Shown: positions 34,933 to 44,475 of the stretch, in pieces
How positions within the stretch are numbered: the stretch's first letter is position 1
Layout of the letters: the number at the start of each line of letters is the position of its first letter
Assembly: GCA_964650545.1 (NCBI GenBank)
Contig: CAZYTZ010000002.1
Location: 1 to 61,685 of the forward strand
Direction: 5' to 3'
Source: Candidatus Micrarchaeota archaeon
GTDB taxonomy: Archaea; Micrarchaeota; Micrarchaeia; Anstonellales; Anstonellaceae
Length of the DNA: 61,685 nucleotides
The notes under the pieces: generated by a model
The model's input: only the letters and a program-made list of their open reading frames with translations
Database searches by the model: none
What the model was told of the DNA's origin: nothing
Program-made: the position numbers and the translations under genes

Positions 34933-35931
34933 ATGGCAGGCATGGCAGTTATTCGCAACCAAGAAAAACATGGCGGGTATGGGCCAAGGCGCAAATTTAG
35001 GGACATCCAACTGAACCTAGCTGGAAAATTGCCGGGAAAGGAAATATGCGAAATTGCAAAAAATGCTTTTGGTTCTGATGTTATAAGGAACACGGCCAGG
35101 TGGCCTGATTTTAAGGGTGACAAAAGCGGCATATTCGAAAAATGGAGCGCTGATGAGAAGGCTTTCCTTGGAGGGAAGTTTGAGATTGAGCCTGCGAAGC
35201 TTAAGGCTGCCCTTCTGGAAATCCTGATGGCAATAGGCAGCGCAGAAAAAATTGAGAAAGCGAATAAGGAAATTGCCCGGCCGGCAATTCAGCTTTGGGG
35301 CAGGGATTCCTTGCTGATTGATGCCAAAGTTGCAATAGAAAATCAAAGCTTGGCTGCGGCCATTGAAAACATAAAGGCAAGCGCATATAATGCAGGCATT
35401 GTTTGTGACATTTCGGCGATGCCGGTGTCAATTTTTGGTGCGTCCCTTGGATGCTCCACCATGCTTGTGCACCTGGAGTTCCTGAATGCGGACGCGCCAG
35501 ATATTAATGGCGATTGGATTGGGGCGCTGGCGAACAGAACCGAGATAAGCATCAACAGCGCTGCCTATGCCCTTTGCAGTGAAAGAAAGCCTGACTTGAA
35601 CCGCGTGCAGATGAGGCAGCTTGGATGGATGTTGATTTATGCAAGGAGCCATATGGGTGTGGGCAAGGTAGAGTTTGGCAGCCAAATGTTTGAGGGGAGC
35701 CGTCTTGTCCTGAAAGCATATTGCAGCGAGCCGGAAAATTATATGAACGACCGCGGATTGCCTGATAAGGTGAAATTGAGAAAACTTCAGGAAAAAGCAG
35801 AATTGACGGGCTGTGCCATAAGGCCAAGGGACAAAACAAGCGAACAGGATTTCTGGTTTGACCTCCTGATTCCATGTAAGAGCCAGTGGCTGCTCTCGGA
35901 GCCTGGCACGCCCGGACAGGCAGATTTATAA
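34933..35931 (+). CDS. Hypothetical protein (ORFan)
   Basis: 332-aa ORF. No motif recognised. Confidence 0.5.
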   Translation: MAGMAVIRNQEKHGGYGPRRKFRDIQLNLAGKLPGKEICEIAKNAFGSDVIRNTARWPDFKGDKSGIFEKWSADEKAFLGGKFEIEPAKLKAALLEILMAIGSAEKIEKANKEIARPAIQLWGRDSLLIDAKVAIENQSLAAAIENIKASAYNAGIVCDISAMPVSIFGASLGCSTMLVHLEFLNADAPDINGDWIGALANRTEISINSAAYALCSERKPDLNRVQMRQLGWMLIYARSHMGVGKVEFGSQMFEGSRLVLKAYCSEPENYMNDRGLPDKVKLRKLQEKAELTGCAIRPRDKTSEQDFWFDLLIPCKSQWLLSEPGTPGQADL

Positions 35932-35955
35932 ACACCTAATTACATAATTGGCAAC

Positions 35956-36567
35956 ATGATTAAAAAGAGGATAGCCCCGCAAATAAAGAATGGGGAAGGT
36001 GCCTTTGCAAGGCCCCCGGAACACATGAAGCATACTGCAAAGCAGTTGTGCAGTGACTCCCAAGTTGCAGATGCTGCAACTGTGAAGGGAGCGAAAGCTG
36101 CGGCAATGTTCAACAGGTTTGCTTTTGCGCCGCTTTACAAGAGCAATATTTCGCCAGTTATCATGGATATCAGGGAAGAACTCAGGCGCGGAAGTGAAGG
36201 CAGCCAGGAAAGATTCAGGGAACTTAAGAAAAAATTGGCTGCTGCCCCCGCGCTCCTGCAAAGAGACGTGGAAACAATACGCGCCGTGCATGGCAACGAG
36301 CCTGTTTTTGGCCAGATGGCGCATTTTGCGAGCAGCTCGCTTAGCACCCTGCTGACCTATCTTCCCAAATTCAAGCCGGATGAAAAAAGCGAAGAAATGG
36401 CACAAATCAGGCAGGGGATTGTGGGCGGTTGCAACCTTTTGGACGGATTGTTCGCATTCTATGCCGCAATATCGCCCAAAAACAGCGGGCTTGCAAATTT
36501 GCTGAAGGATTATGCCGAGCCTGAGAAAGCAGTTGCCAAGTACAGGGAGATTGCCCCTGCTGGCTGA
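35956..36567 (+). CDS. Hypothetical protein (ORFan)
   Basis: 203-aa ORF. No motif recognised. Confidence 0.5.
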   Translation: MIKKRIAPQIKNGEGAFARPPEHMKHTAKQLCSDSQVADAATVKGAKAAAMFNRFAFAPLYKSNISPVIMDIREELRRGSEGSQERFRELKKKLAAAPALLQRDVETIRAVHGNEPVFGQMAHFASSSLSTLLTYLPKFKPDEKSEEMAQIRQGIVGGCNLLDGLFAFYAAISPKNSGLANLLKDYAEPEKAVAKYREIAPAG

Positions 36568-36611
36568 AGGCTTTTTATTCTTCCTCTCCATAGCCATGGC
36601 AAGGTGGGAAA

Positions 36612-37046
36612 TTGGAGGGTAGAAGGGTATTTTTCGCTGCAATCGTCTATGCAGCCATTGCACAGCTGGTCCTTACGACAGGCACCCTGTTCACGATTGG
36701 CTACCTTTCCGACCCTGCATTCTTCCTGTTCTGGAACAACATGATGTCGCAGGGCGCGGGCCCTGCGGGCGCTGAATTCTATTTCATCGGGATGGCGATC
36801 GCCTTTGCAGTTGGCGTCATTTTCGCAGCCGCCTACGAGCTTGTGAAAAACAACTTCAAGTCAAGGAACAAGCCGGTGAGCGGCGCCAAGTTCGGGCTTT
36901 TCCTGTTCTTTGTCAGCAGCGTCCCGGCATTCCTCATAGCCTTCATGTTCTTCACATTGCCGCTTGGGCTGCTCCTGACGTGGCTGCTGGAAGGGCTGCT
37001 GATAAACGTGGCATTCGGGCTGGCAGTGGAGAGGATATTCAGGTGA
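36612..37046 (+). CDS. Hypothetical membrane protein
   Basis: 144 aa with four hydrophobic helices. Confidence 0.6.
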   Translation: MEGRRVFFAAIVYAAIAQLVLTTGTLFTIGYLSDPAFFLFWNNMMSQGAGPAGAEFYFIGMAIAFAVGVIFAAAYELVKNNFKSRNKPVSGAKFGLFLFFVSSVPAFLIAFMFFTLPLGLLLTWLLEGLLINVAFGLAVERIFR

Positions 37047-37050
37047 TTCC

Positions 37051-37752
37051 ATGGCATCATGCCTGTTCGGCGAGCACACATCATCAGACATTGCGAAGAT
37101 TGCAAAGCGCAGGAAAAAGCCTGTGGTGATACTGCCCATGGGCGCGCTGGAGGCGCACGGGGAGCATCTGCCGCTCTGGACTGACACCATAACTCCCTTC
37201 AAGCTTGCTCAGAAGGTGGCGAAAAGGACTGGCGCGCTGGTGCTGCCGCCCATCCCGTACGGATTCTGCTACACGCTTCGCCCCTGGAAGGGCACGGTGT
37301 CGCTCAAATCTCAGACGTTTGCCGCAGTGGTGCGCGACATCACGCGCGAGCTTGTGAGGAACGGGTTTGACAGGCTGCTTTTCATGAACGGGCACGGCGC
37401 TGATGGCACGATTGCAGGCCATGTGCTCAAAGAGCTTGCGGACGAATTGAAGTTCACGGCGTGCGTTGTTTCATGGTGGAACATAGAGGGCGTTGGCGGC
37501 GGCGGGCATGGCGACGAGGGCGAGGCCTCGCTTGTCATGTCGCTTACCGGCTGGAAAAAGCGCAAAAGCAGGCAAGCCCCATCGCACAACTACTTTGGCA
37601 GGGTGATACCCATGCCGAAAGACCAGTTCACGAAGTACGGGTATGCAGGAAAGGTGGGCGGAGAGAGCGTTGCGCGCGGCAGGAAGATGGAAAAAGTTAT
37701 CGTAAGCAAAATGGTGAAGCTTGTGAAAGCAAACCTATTGCTAAAGGAGTGA
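37051..37752 (+). CDS. Creatininase-fold amidohydrolase (ArfB/MftE-like)
   Basis: VILPMGALEAHGEHLPLWTD... and GHGADG follow the creatininase family pattern. Confidence 0.8.
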   Translation: MASCLFGEHTSSDIAKIAKRRKKPVVILPMGALEAHGEHLPLWTDTITPFKLAQKVAKRTGALVLPPIPYGFCYTLRPWKGTVSLKSQTFAAVVRDITRELVRNGFDRLLFMNGHGADGTIAGHVLKELADELKFTACVVSWWNIEGVGGGGHGDEGEASLVMSLTGWKKRKSRQAPSHNYFGRVIPMPKDQFTKYGYAGKVGGESVARGRKMEKVIVSKMVKLVKANLLLKE

Positions 37753-37756
37753 TTTT

Positions 37757-38092
37757 ATGATGCCTGGAATGGACCCCAAGGGAATGGCGAAGATGATGGC
37801 GCAAATGGGCATAAAGACTGATGAGATTGACGCCTCCAAGGTGGTCATCGAGCTGAAAGAAGGCGGCAGGCTGGTGGTTTTCGAGCCGCAGGTCGTGCAA
37901 ATCGACATGAAGGGGCAGAAGTCCTTCCAAATATCCGGCAAGGTGCATGAGGAGCAGGAAGCTGGCGAGGATGACATCAAGATGGTGATGGAAGCCGCAG
38001 GCTGCGGACGCGAAGAGGCGCAAAACGCGCTGCGCGAGACATCTGGAGATATCGCTGAGGCGATAATTCGCCTAAAAGGCGAAGAGGAATAG
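37757..38092 (+). CDS. nac: Nascent polypeptide-associated complex protein (NAC domain plus UBA)
   Basis: MAKMMAQMGIKTDEIDASKVVIELKEGGRLVVFEPQVVQIDMKGQKSFQISG plus the C-terminal UBA DIKMVMEAAGCGREEAQNALRETSGDIAEAIIRLK. Confidence 0.9.
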   Translation: MMPGMDPKGMAKMMAQMGIKTDEIDASKVVIELKEGGRLVVFEPQVVQIDMKGQKSFQISGKVHEEQEAGEDDIKMVMEAAGCGREEAQNALRETSGDIAEAIIRLKGEEE

Positions 38093-38101
38093 CGCCTTTT
38101 A

Positions 38102-38238
38102 GACGATGGCATCGCGGAAGCAATTATCAGGCTGAAAGGAGATGAAGGATAGCTGAGGCGACCTTCAACCGCGCAGCGGTTGGGGGGACAGGGGTCGCAG
38201 ACACCTGGATCATCAAGCTGAAAGGCGACGACGAGTAG
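38102..38238 (+). repeat. Two degenerate tandem 'echo' copies of the nac 3' end
   Basis: 38102-38152 (in frame with nac, after its TAG) encodes DDGIAEAIIRLKGDEG-TAG. 38146-38238 (a different frame) encodes RIAEA...DTWIIKLKGDDE-TAG. Copy 2 differs from the native end only at synonymous positions across IAEAIIRLKG. Confidence 0.7.
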
Positions 38239-38490
38239 CAAGGGACGAAATGCGCAGTTTCCGCCGGGAATTTATTGCGAATAGCGCAAGCGTGTCCCAA
38301 ATGAAACATTCCTTTTTTATATGCCTAGCAGCAGAGTAAACTTGATTTTGATGAATTTGGATGCTAAGCGCAATATTGGCAGTTTCTATGCGCTTAGCTC
38401 TGATTTTGCCATCCTTGGCTGATGGCTTGGCTCTTTCGGCTTGGCGGGTCGGAAAGCCTCCTGAAAAATATGCTCTAGCGCGGGCGCTTT

Positions 38491-39252
38491 TTGCCTGCGC
38501 CGTGGCTGGAAAAAATGAAAGCCAAAAACAGGTGCTATGCCATGCAAAAAACAATTCCGCGCGTCGTGCTTCGAAGCCCGCCAAGGGAAAAATGGTCTGT
38601 CCAAGTGTTCCCGAACGGGCATGGGCTGCCAAAAGTGTCAGGGATACCCATAACCATCGCCACCGACGCGCATTTGCCTATCATATCAAAAGGCAAGCCA
38701 GAGGCCGAAGGAAGGGCAGAAATGCAAATGGGGAAGGCCTGGGTTGCATATGATGTGCTCCTTCGCTATATCCGCGAGAACAGGCACCACAAGCTGGGCA
38801 AGGAACACGTTGCGGCATTGGCTGCCCTTACGGGGCTCGTGAGAAAATATGCCGTGAGAAAGTCGATTGATGCCCCCCGGCGAACCACGCTTGATGCTGC
38901 GCTGATGCAGATAAAAGGCGTTATAAATGGCCACGGAGATGCTAAGGTGGCGGTATACAGCATTGACTTGAGCGAAAAGCAGCACGATTACATGCTCAGC
39001 AAAGGGCTGCTGATAATTGCCAGGGTGCTGACATTCTACTTGAAGCCTGATGAAGGCAAGGTAAGGGCGGTGCTTACCAGGAGCACGGATGGCAGCGAAA
39101 CTCAGCTGTCGGTAAAGGGCGAGAAGGTGCTTTCGCTTCCGGATGAAATCAGCTATGCGGTTGCAGCCGGGCTTGGCATCGCGGGCGCCGAACTTGTTTC
39201 CAACGGCACATATTACCTGCTAAGAATTCCTCATGGCGAATCTTCGGCGTAA
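38491..39252 (+). CDS. Hypothetical protein (ORFan)
   Basis: 253-aa ORF. The start is uncertain (internal MQKTIP or MQMGKAW are possible). No motif recognised. Confidence 0.5.
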   Translation: MPAPWLEKMKAKNRCYAMQKTIPRVVLRSPPREKWSVQVFPNGHGLPKVSGIPITIATDAHLPIISKGKPEAEGRAEMQMGKAWVAYDVLLRYIRENRHHKLGKEHVAALAALTGLVRKYAVRKSIDAPRRTTLDAALMQIKGVINGHGDAKVAVYSIDLSEKQHDYMLSKGLLIIARVLTFYLKPDEGKVRAVLTRSTDGSETQLSVKGEKVLSLPDEISYAVAAGLGIAGAELVSNGTYYLLRIPHGESSA

Positions 39253-39420
39253 GCCCCACGCTTATATAAACTTTCACTGGAAATTCAGCCAGCTTCGCAA
39301 GAAGCGTGGGAGGTGAGGTGGAGCCCTCGGGTGTACCATCTCCCTCTATTTTCAACCCTCAATTCATTTGCTAGACGGCACCATCCGGCTTTATATCTTT
39401 CTTTGCACCCAGGGAATTCC

Positions 39421-41022
39421 ATGCCATCTCCGTCAGAAATAGCCAAATCCGCGCCTCAAACGCCAGGCGTTTACATCTTCAAGTCAGCTACAGGCACACC
39501 CATTTACATTGGCAAGGCAAAAAACATCAGAAGCCGCGTGGCATCCTATTTTGCGCGTGAAATGCTTGACAGGACAAGGCAGATGGTCGCCTCCGCGCAC
39601 TCACTGGAGTTTGTGGTGACTGACAATGAAGCTGAAGCGTTGCTTTTGGAAAGCAACCTCATCAAGCAGCACTACCCCAAATACAACATTGAGCTGAAGG
39701 ACAATGAAAAATTCACCTACATACTGATTAGTGACGAGGAATACCCTCGCATGCTGCTTGTGAGGAAAAACAGGACTGGAAAGGTGAATGCGCGCGGCAA
39801 GCTCTACGGCCCATTCCTTTCAGGCTCTGCATACGTGCTTGTTGCCTCCACGCTTCGCAAGATTTTCAAGCTAAGGACTTGCCGCCTCGGGCAGAAGCGC
39901 CCGTGCCTGCAGTATCATCTGGGCTTTTGCACAGGAGTGTGCGCTGGCTTGGTGACGCAAGAGCAGTATATGCAGCAGGTGAAGAAGCTGCAGGATGCGT
40001 TGTCTGGCGGCAAAAAGCTGGAAGCAGTTATGGAAGGAATGGAGCGCGAAATGAAGGAGGCTGCTAAGAAAAAGCAGTTTGAGCGCGCGCTGGAGCTGAG
40101 AAACTCTTTGCACTCGCTCTCCTCGCTTCTTGAAAGGCAGAAGTTTGAGCGCGAGGGAGAGGGGAATGAAGACTTTGTCGCGCTTCTTTCACATGAAGGG
40201 AAAACATACGTACAACTCTTCAAGCAGATTGGCGGCGTGATACGCGACAGGAAGAAATACGAGTTCGACACGTCGCTCTCTGATGATGCACTCGGCGAGT
40301 TCCTGCCGCGCTTTTACGAGGCAGGCGGCATTCCGCGCAGAATCTACTTGGAGAAAGAGCCCGAGTCAAAAGATGCGCTAGAGAAGTATTTGGCTGAACA
40401 GAGAGGAGGCGCTGTTTCCATTTTTGTGCCTGAGAGAGGGGACAAAAAAGGGCTGCTGGAGCTGCTGCGCAAGAACATCATGCTTGAAATATCAGGCACT
40501 GCAGACCCTGCGCTTGTGGAGCTTCAGCATGAGCTGTCGCTTTCCGCAATCCCGCGCGTGATTGAGTGCTTTGACGTTTCAAACCTATTCGGCACTTCTG
40601 TTGTCGGAAGCATGGTGCAGTTTGTCAATGCCAAGCCTTCCAAAAGCAATTACAGGCGCTTCAAAATCAGGTCAGTGGAGGGCCAGGATGACTTTGCCTC
40701 CATGCGCGAAATAGTTTTCCGCCGCTACTACAGGCTGAAGCTTGAGCAAAGCAAGCTGCCAGACCTCATTGTGATAGACGGCGGGCCAGGGCAATTGTCA
40801 GCCGCGCTTTCCGCGCTTTCAGAGCTGCAGCTTGAGGTGCCAATTGTCTCGCTTGCAAAGGAGTTTGAGGAAATATACTCGCCTGAGCGCGCGCTCCCCA
40901 TCCGCCTGCCGCATTCGTCAGCCGCGCTCAAAGTTCTGCAATACGCGCGCGACGAGGCGCACAGGTTCGGAATAAGCTATCATAGGCTGCTTAGGAAAAA
41001 GAGAATGAAAGAAAAAAATTAA
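39421..41022 (+). CDS. uvrC: Excinuclease ABC subunit C
   Basis: GIY-YIG N-terminus PGVYIFKSATGTPIYIGKAKNIRSRVASYF, a UVR domain, and the C-terminal endonuclease plus HhH region. I prefer the internal ATG at 39421. Confidence 0.95.
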   Translation: MPSPSEIAKSAPQTPGVYIFKSATGTPIYIGKAKNIRSRVASYFAREMLDRTRQMVASAHSLEFVVTDNEAEALLLESNLIKQHYPKYNIELKDNEKFTYILISDEEYPRMLLVRKNRTGKVNARGKLYGPFLSGSAYVLVASTLRKIFKLRTCRLGQKRPCLQYHLGFCTGVCAGLVTQEQYMQQVKKLQDALSGGKKLEAVMEGMEREMKEAAKKKQFERALELRNSLHSLSSLLERQKFEREGEGNEDFVALLSHEGKTYVQLFKQIGGVIRDRKKYEFDTSLSDDALGEFLPRFYEAGGIPRRIYLEKEPESKDALEKYLAEQRGGAVSIFVPERGDKKGLLELLRKNIMLEISGTADPALVELQHELSLSAIPRVIECFDVSNLFGTSVVGSMVQFVNAKPSKSNYRRFKIRSVEGQDDFASMREIVFRRYYRLKLEQSKLPDLIVIDGGPGQLSAALSALSELQLEVPIVSLAKEFEEIYSPERALPIRLPHSSAALKVLQYARDEAHRFGISYHRLLRKKRMKEKN

Positions 41023-41454
41023 GGAGCAGGGGAGTCGAGCTTTTCCATCTGCCTTACCCTTTTCCTGTTGAGGAAATTAAACGTTGGAATGAATATCAGC
41101 CTGTCTGCCACCTGCTGTACAGTGACTGCAAGGAAATTCGACGCACCCAGCCAGACTGCAAACGCTGTCGCACCCCAGCTGCCAGCCCAGGCAGATTGCG
41201 GCAGTGCCGGTAACATAGGCTGCGAGGCCTGCCACCCACGTGGTTGCCTGCATGCGGTCCATGCCTGCCTTCTCTGCAACGTATGCAGCGCCGTACGCGC
41301 ACGTGGTTGCAGTGACAGTGCCGACAAGATAGGATGCGTTGAGCTTCACCCAGTCCTTCTTTTGCCTGAAAAAAGCGGACACTTTATTTTGGCGCCCGGG
41401 CTGCGCTGGTGCCATTCCGCTGGTTCTTTGCCCTTCTTGCTTTTGCATTGCCAC
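41019..41454 (-). pseudogene. Small three-TM membrane protein, apparently split by a frameshift
   Basis: ORF 41077-41454 ends in non-membrane-like sequence after ...AAICLGWQLG. ORF 41019-41327, in another frame, continues plausibly as ATAFAVWLGASNFLAVTVQQVADRLIFIPTF.... The switch point lies at a GGGG run (ctgggg). Confidence 0.4.
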
Positions 41455-41514
41455 ACCAGTACATGCTGTGGTAATAGTATAAAATAAGTGTTTATAAGTA
41501 TATCCTTGACTAGC

Positions 41515-44340
41515 TCAAAGCACCTTCTTGAGATATTCGCCCGTGTAGCTGTCCTTGGTACGCGCGATGTCCTCGGGCGTGCCTTGCGCGACGATTTCGC
41601 CGCCTTCGTCGCCCCCCTCAGGGCCAAGGTCAATAACCCAGTCCGCGGTTTTTATCACGTCCAAATTGTGCTCAATCACGATGATGGTGTTGCCGCGGTC
41701 AGCAAGCCGCTGCAGAACCGCAAGGAGCTTGGAGACGTCTGCGAAATGGAGCCCTGTGGTGGGCTCGTCAAGTATGTAGAGCATTGAGCCATTGTCGCGG
41801 CGCGCAAGCTCTGCCGCAAGCTTTATCCTCTGCGCCTCGCCGCCTGAAAGCGTGGTGGCAGGCTGGCCAAGCGCGATGTAGCCGAGCCCAACATCCACCA
41901 TGGTCTCAAGCTTCTTTTTCACCGCCGGGATGTTCTGGAAGAACTGCAGCGCCGCCTCCACGCTCATGGAAAGCACGTCGTGTATGTTCTTGCCCTTGAA
42001 CTTTATCTGAAGAGTCTCGCTGTCATAGCGCTTGCCATTGCACTCCTCGCATGTGACATAAACATCCGCAAGGAAAGCCATCTCAATCCTTTTCACCCCG
42101 TCGCCCTCGCATGCCTGGCAGCGCCCCTTCTGGACGTTGAATGAAAATTGCCCTGGCGCATAGCCGCGCGCGCGGGACTCCGGCACGCCTGCGAACAATT
42201 CGCGTATTGGCGTGAATGCGCCAATGTAGGTGGCAGGGTTGGAGCGCGGCGTCCTGCCGATTGGCGATTGATCAACGCAGATTACATCTGTAAGCGCGCC
42301 TGCGCCGTCTATCCTGTCAAACTTGCCAGGCTCTTGCTTGGACTGGTGGAAGTATTTCATGAGCGCAAGGTAGAGAGTCTCGTTTATCAATGTGGATTTG
42401 CCTGAGCCTGACACTCCGGTGACGCACATAAAGCAGCCAATGGGGAATTTCACGTCGATTTTTTTCAGGTTGTTTTCCCGCGCACCTTTCAGCGTGAACC
42501 AGCGCGATGGCTGGCGGCGTATTTGGGGGACAGGTATTTTGAGCTCGCGGCGCAAGTAGGCGCCTGTGAGCGAGTCGCGCGTTTTTTCCACCTCTTCAGG
42601 CGTGCCGATTGCCATTATCCTGCCGCCATGCACGCCTGCGCCAGGTCCCAGGTCAATCATGAAGTCTGAGCTCCTCATTGTTTCCTCATCGTGCTCCACA
42701 ACCACCATGGTGTTGCCCAAGTCGCGCAGTGTTTTCAATGTGGAAATGAGCTTGTTGTTGTCGCGCTGATGCAAGCCAATTGATGGTTCGTCCAATACAT
42801 ACAGCACGCCCATCAGATTCGCGCCAATCTGCGTGGCAAGCCTTATCCTCTGCGCCTCGCCGCCAGATAACGTGCCAGTTACGCGCGAAAGCGACAGGTA
42901 GCCCACGCCAACATTCAGCAAAAAGTCCAGCCGTGACTGGATTTCACGGAGAACGGGGCGTGCAATCGTCTCTTCCGTTTTGGTAAGCTTTAAGGAACTG
43001 AAAAAGCCGTAAGCAGACTCAATGGACAGGTCGGTGACTGTTATGATGTCCTTCCCGTTCACTTTCACGGCAAGCACTTCCGGCTTCAGCCTCTTGCCCT
43101 TGCAGGACGGGCAGGGAAGCTCACGCATGTACTTTTCCATATCCATGCGCCTGCCCTCTGACTTTGTCTGCTTGTAAAGCCTGTCCAGGTTGTTTATCAC
43201 GCCTTCGAACTTTGTCCAGCCCTGATAGGACGAGTCGCCGCTGCGAGACTGCAGCTTGTACTGCAGCTTCTCGTCGCAGCCATTGAGCACTGCATCGCGC
43301 GCCTCCTTTGAAAGCGCATTGAATTGCGTGTCAAGCGAGAAATCGAACTTCTTGCCAAGCGCTTCAAGCAAGTGGGAGTAATAGCCGCCCATCACGCTGT
43401 TTCTCCATGGAAGAATTGCGCCTTCGCGCAGCGTCTTTTGCTTGTCAGGCACCACGAGGTCAACATCAAAAATTATCTTTACGCCCATTCCTTTGCACTC
43501 CTCGCACGCACCATAAGGGGAGTTGAAGGAGAACATGCGCGGCTGCAGCTCGCCTGTGGAAATGCCGCAGTCAGGGCAGGAGTTTATCTGGGAGAAAAGC
43601 AGCTCGCGTCCGCGCTCAATGGCAACGATTACCAGCCCGTCGCCGCTTTCGCGTATTCCCGTCTTCAGCGCTTCTAGCAGCCTCTGCCTGCCCTGGTTGG
43701 TGGCTGTGAACCTGTCCACCACCACCTCTATTGTGTGGCGCTTGTTCTTGTCAAGCTTTGGGATGCGGCTATCAAGCTCCATCACACTGCCATTCACGCG
43801 CACCCTCGAGAAACCTTTTTGCCTGAATTCGTCGAAGAGCTTTTCGTATGTGCCTTTTTTTCCGCGTATGACAGGCGATATCACCTGCACGTTCTTCCCC
43901 TCTGCGCTGGCAGAGGAGAGCACTGCATTGGCAATCTGCTCTGTTGTCTGCGATGTGATGGGCTTGCCGCACTGCGGGCAGTGAGGCGTGCCGATGCGCG
44001 CGTAAAGAAGCCTCAGGTAGTCAAATATTTCAGTTGTGGTGCCCACGGTGGAGCGCGGGTTCCTCGTGGTTGTCTTCTGCTCGATGGAAATGGCAGGCGA
44101 AAGCCCCTCAATGGAGTCCACGTCGGGCTTGTTCATAACGCCCAGGAATTGGCGCGCGTAGGCTGAGAGCGACTCCACGTAGCGGCGCTGCCCCTCGGCG
44201 TAAAGGGTGTCAAACGCAAGCGTGCTTTTGCCTGAGCCGGAAAGGCCAGTAATGACAGTAAGCGAATTCCTTGGAATCTCCAGCGTGAGGTTTTTGAGGT
44301 TGTGCTCCCTGGCGCCTTTTATGATGATTTTGTCCTGCAT
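41515..44340 (-). CDS. uvrA: Excinuclease ABC subunit A
   Basis: 941 aa with two ABC ATPase modules (GLSGSGKST and GVSGSGKST; LSGGEAQR twice) and Zn-finger Cys clusters. Confidence 0.97.
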   Translation of the reverse strand: MQDKIIIKGAREHNLKNLTLEIPRNSLTVITGLSGSGKSTLAFDTLYAEGQRRYVESLSAYARQFLGVMNKPDVDSIEGLSPAISIEQKTTTRNPRSTVGTTTEIFDYLRLLYARIGTPHCPQCGKPITSQTTEQIANAVLSSASAEGKNVQVISPVIRGKKGTYEKLFDEFRQKGFSRVRVNGSVMELDSRIPKLDKNKRHTIEVVVDRFTATNQGRQRLLEALKTGIRESGDGLVIVAIERGRELLFSQINSCPDCGISTGELQPRMFSFNSPYGACEECKGMGVKIIFDVDLVVPDKQKTLREGAILPWRNSVMGGYYSHLLEALGKKFDFSLDTQFNALSKEARDAVLNGCDEKLQYKLQSRSGDSSYQGWTKFEGVINNLDRLYKQTKSEGRRMDMEKYMRELPCPSCKGKRLKPEVLAVKVNGKDIITVTDLSIESAYGFFSSLKLTKTEETIARPVLREIQSRLDFLLNVGVGYLSLSRVTGTLSGGEAQRIRLATQIGANLMGVLYVLDEPSIGLHQRDNNKLISTLKTLRDLGNTMVVVEHDEETMRSSDFMIDLGPGAGVHGGRIMAIGTPEEVEKTRDSLTGAYLRRELKIPVPQIRRQPSRWFTLKGARENNLKKIDVKFPIGCFMCVTGVSGSGKSTLINETLYLALMKYFHQSKQEPGKFDRIDGAGALTDVICVDQSPIGRTPRSNPATYIGAFTPIRELFAGVPESRARGYAPGQFSFNVQKGRCQACEGDGVKRIEMAFLADVYVTCEECNGKRYDSETLQIKFKGKNIHDVLSMSVEAALQFFQNIPAVKKKLETMVDVGLGYIALGQPATTLSGGEAQRIKLAAELARRDNGSMLYILDEPTTGLHFADVSKLLAVLQRLADRGNTIIVIEHNLDVIKTADWVIDLGPEGGDEGGEIVAQGTPEDIARTKDSYTGEYLKKVL

Positions 44341-44475
44341 TTTTGCCTACCTTTGCCTTGTTGTAGCCCTGATGGGCTACTTTGCGTCAAGATGCTTGCG
44401 CATCTTGCCTTTGTTTTGGCAAAAGAAGCTTTATATGCTAAGCTACACCAGAATGCCAGTGGGTTTGGTGGAAAA

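Noticed and set aside
35926-36663. 245-aa minus-strand ORF
   Set aside because: It is antisense to the 203-aa plus-strand ORF and breaks the co-directional series 34933-38092. Its composition is poor. Neither ORF has a motif, so this is the weaker of two weak options.
38090-38152. TAG as a sense (pyrrolysine or reassigned) codon explaining the in-frame nac echo
   Set aside because: TAG terminates several well-delimited genes here (for example the MazG-like gene, the 179-aa ORF and nrdR) exactly where homologs end. No pyl genes are seen. Occasional read-through remains possible, but a recoded genetic code is not supported.
38048-38238. Diversity-generating retroelement (template/variable repeat) as an explanation for the nac and tfb echoes
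   Set aside because: The differences between copies are not restricted to adenine positions. They are exclusively synonymous, the opposite of DGR hypervariation. No reverse transcriptase gene is present in the window.
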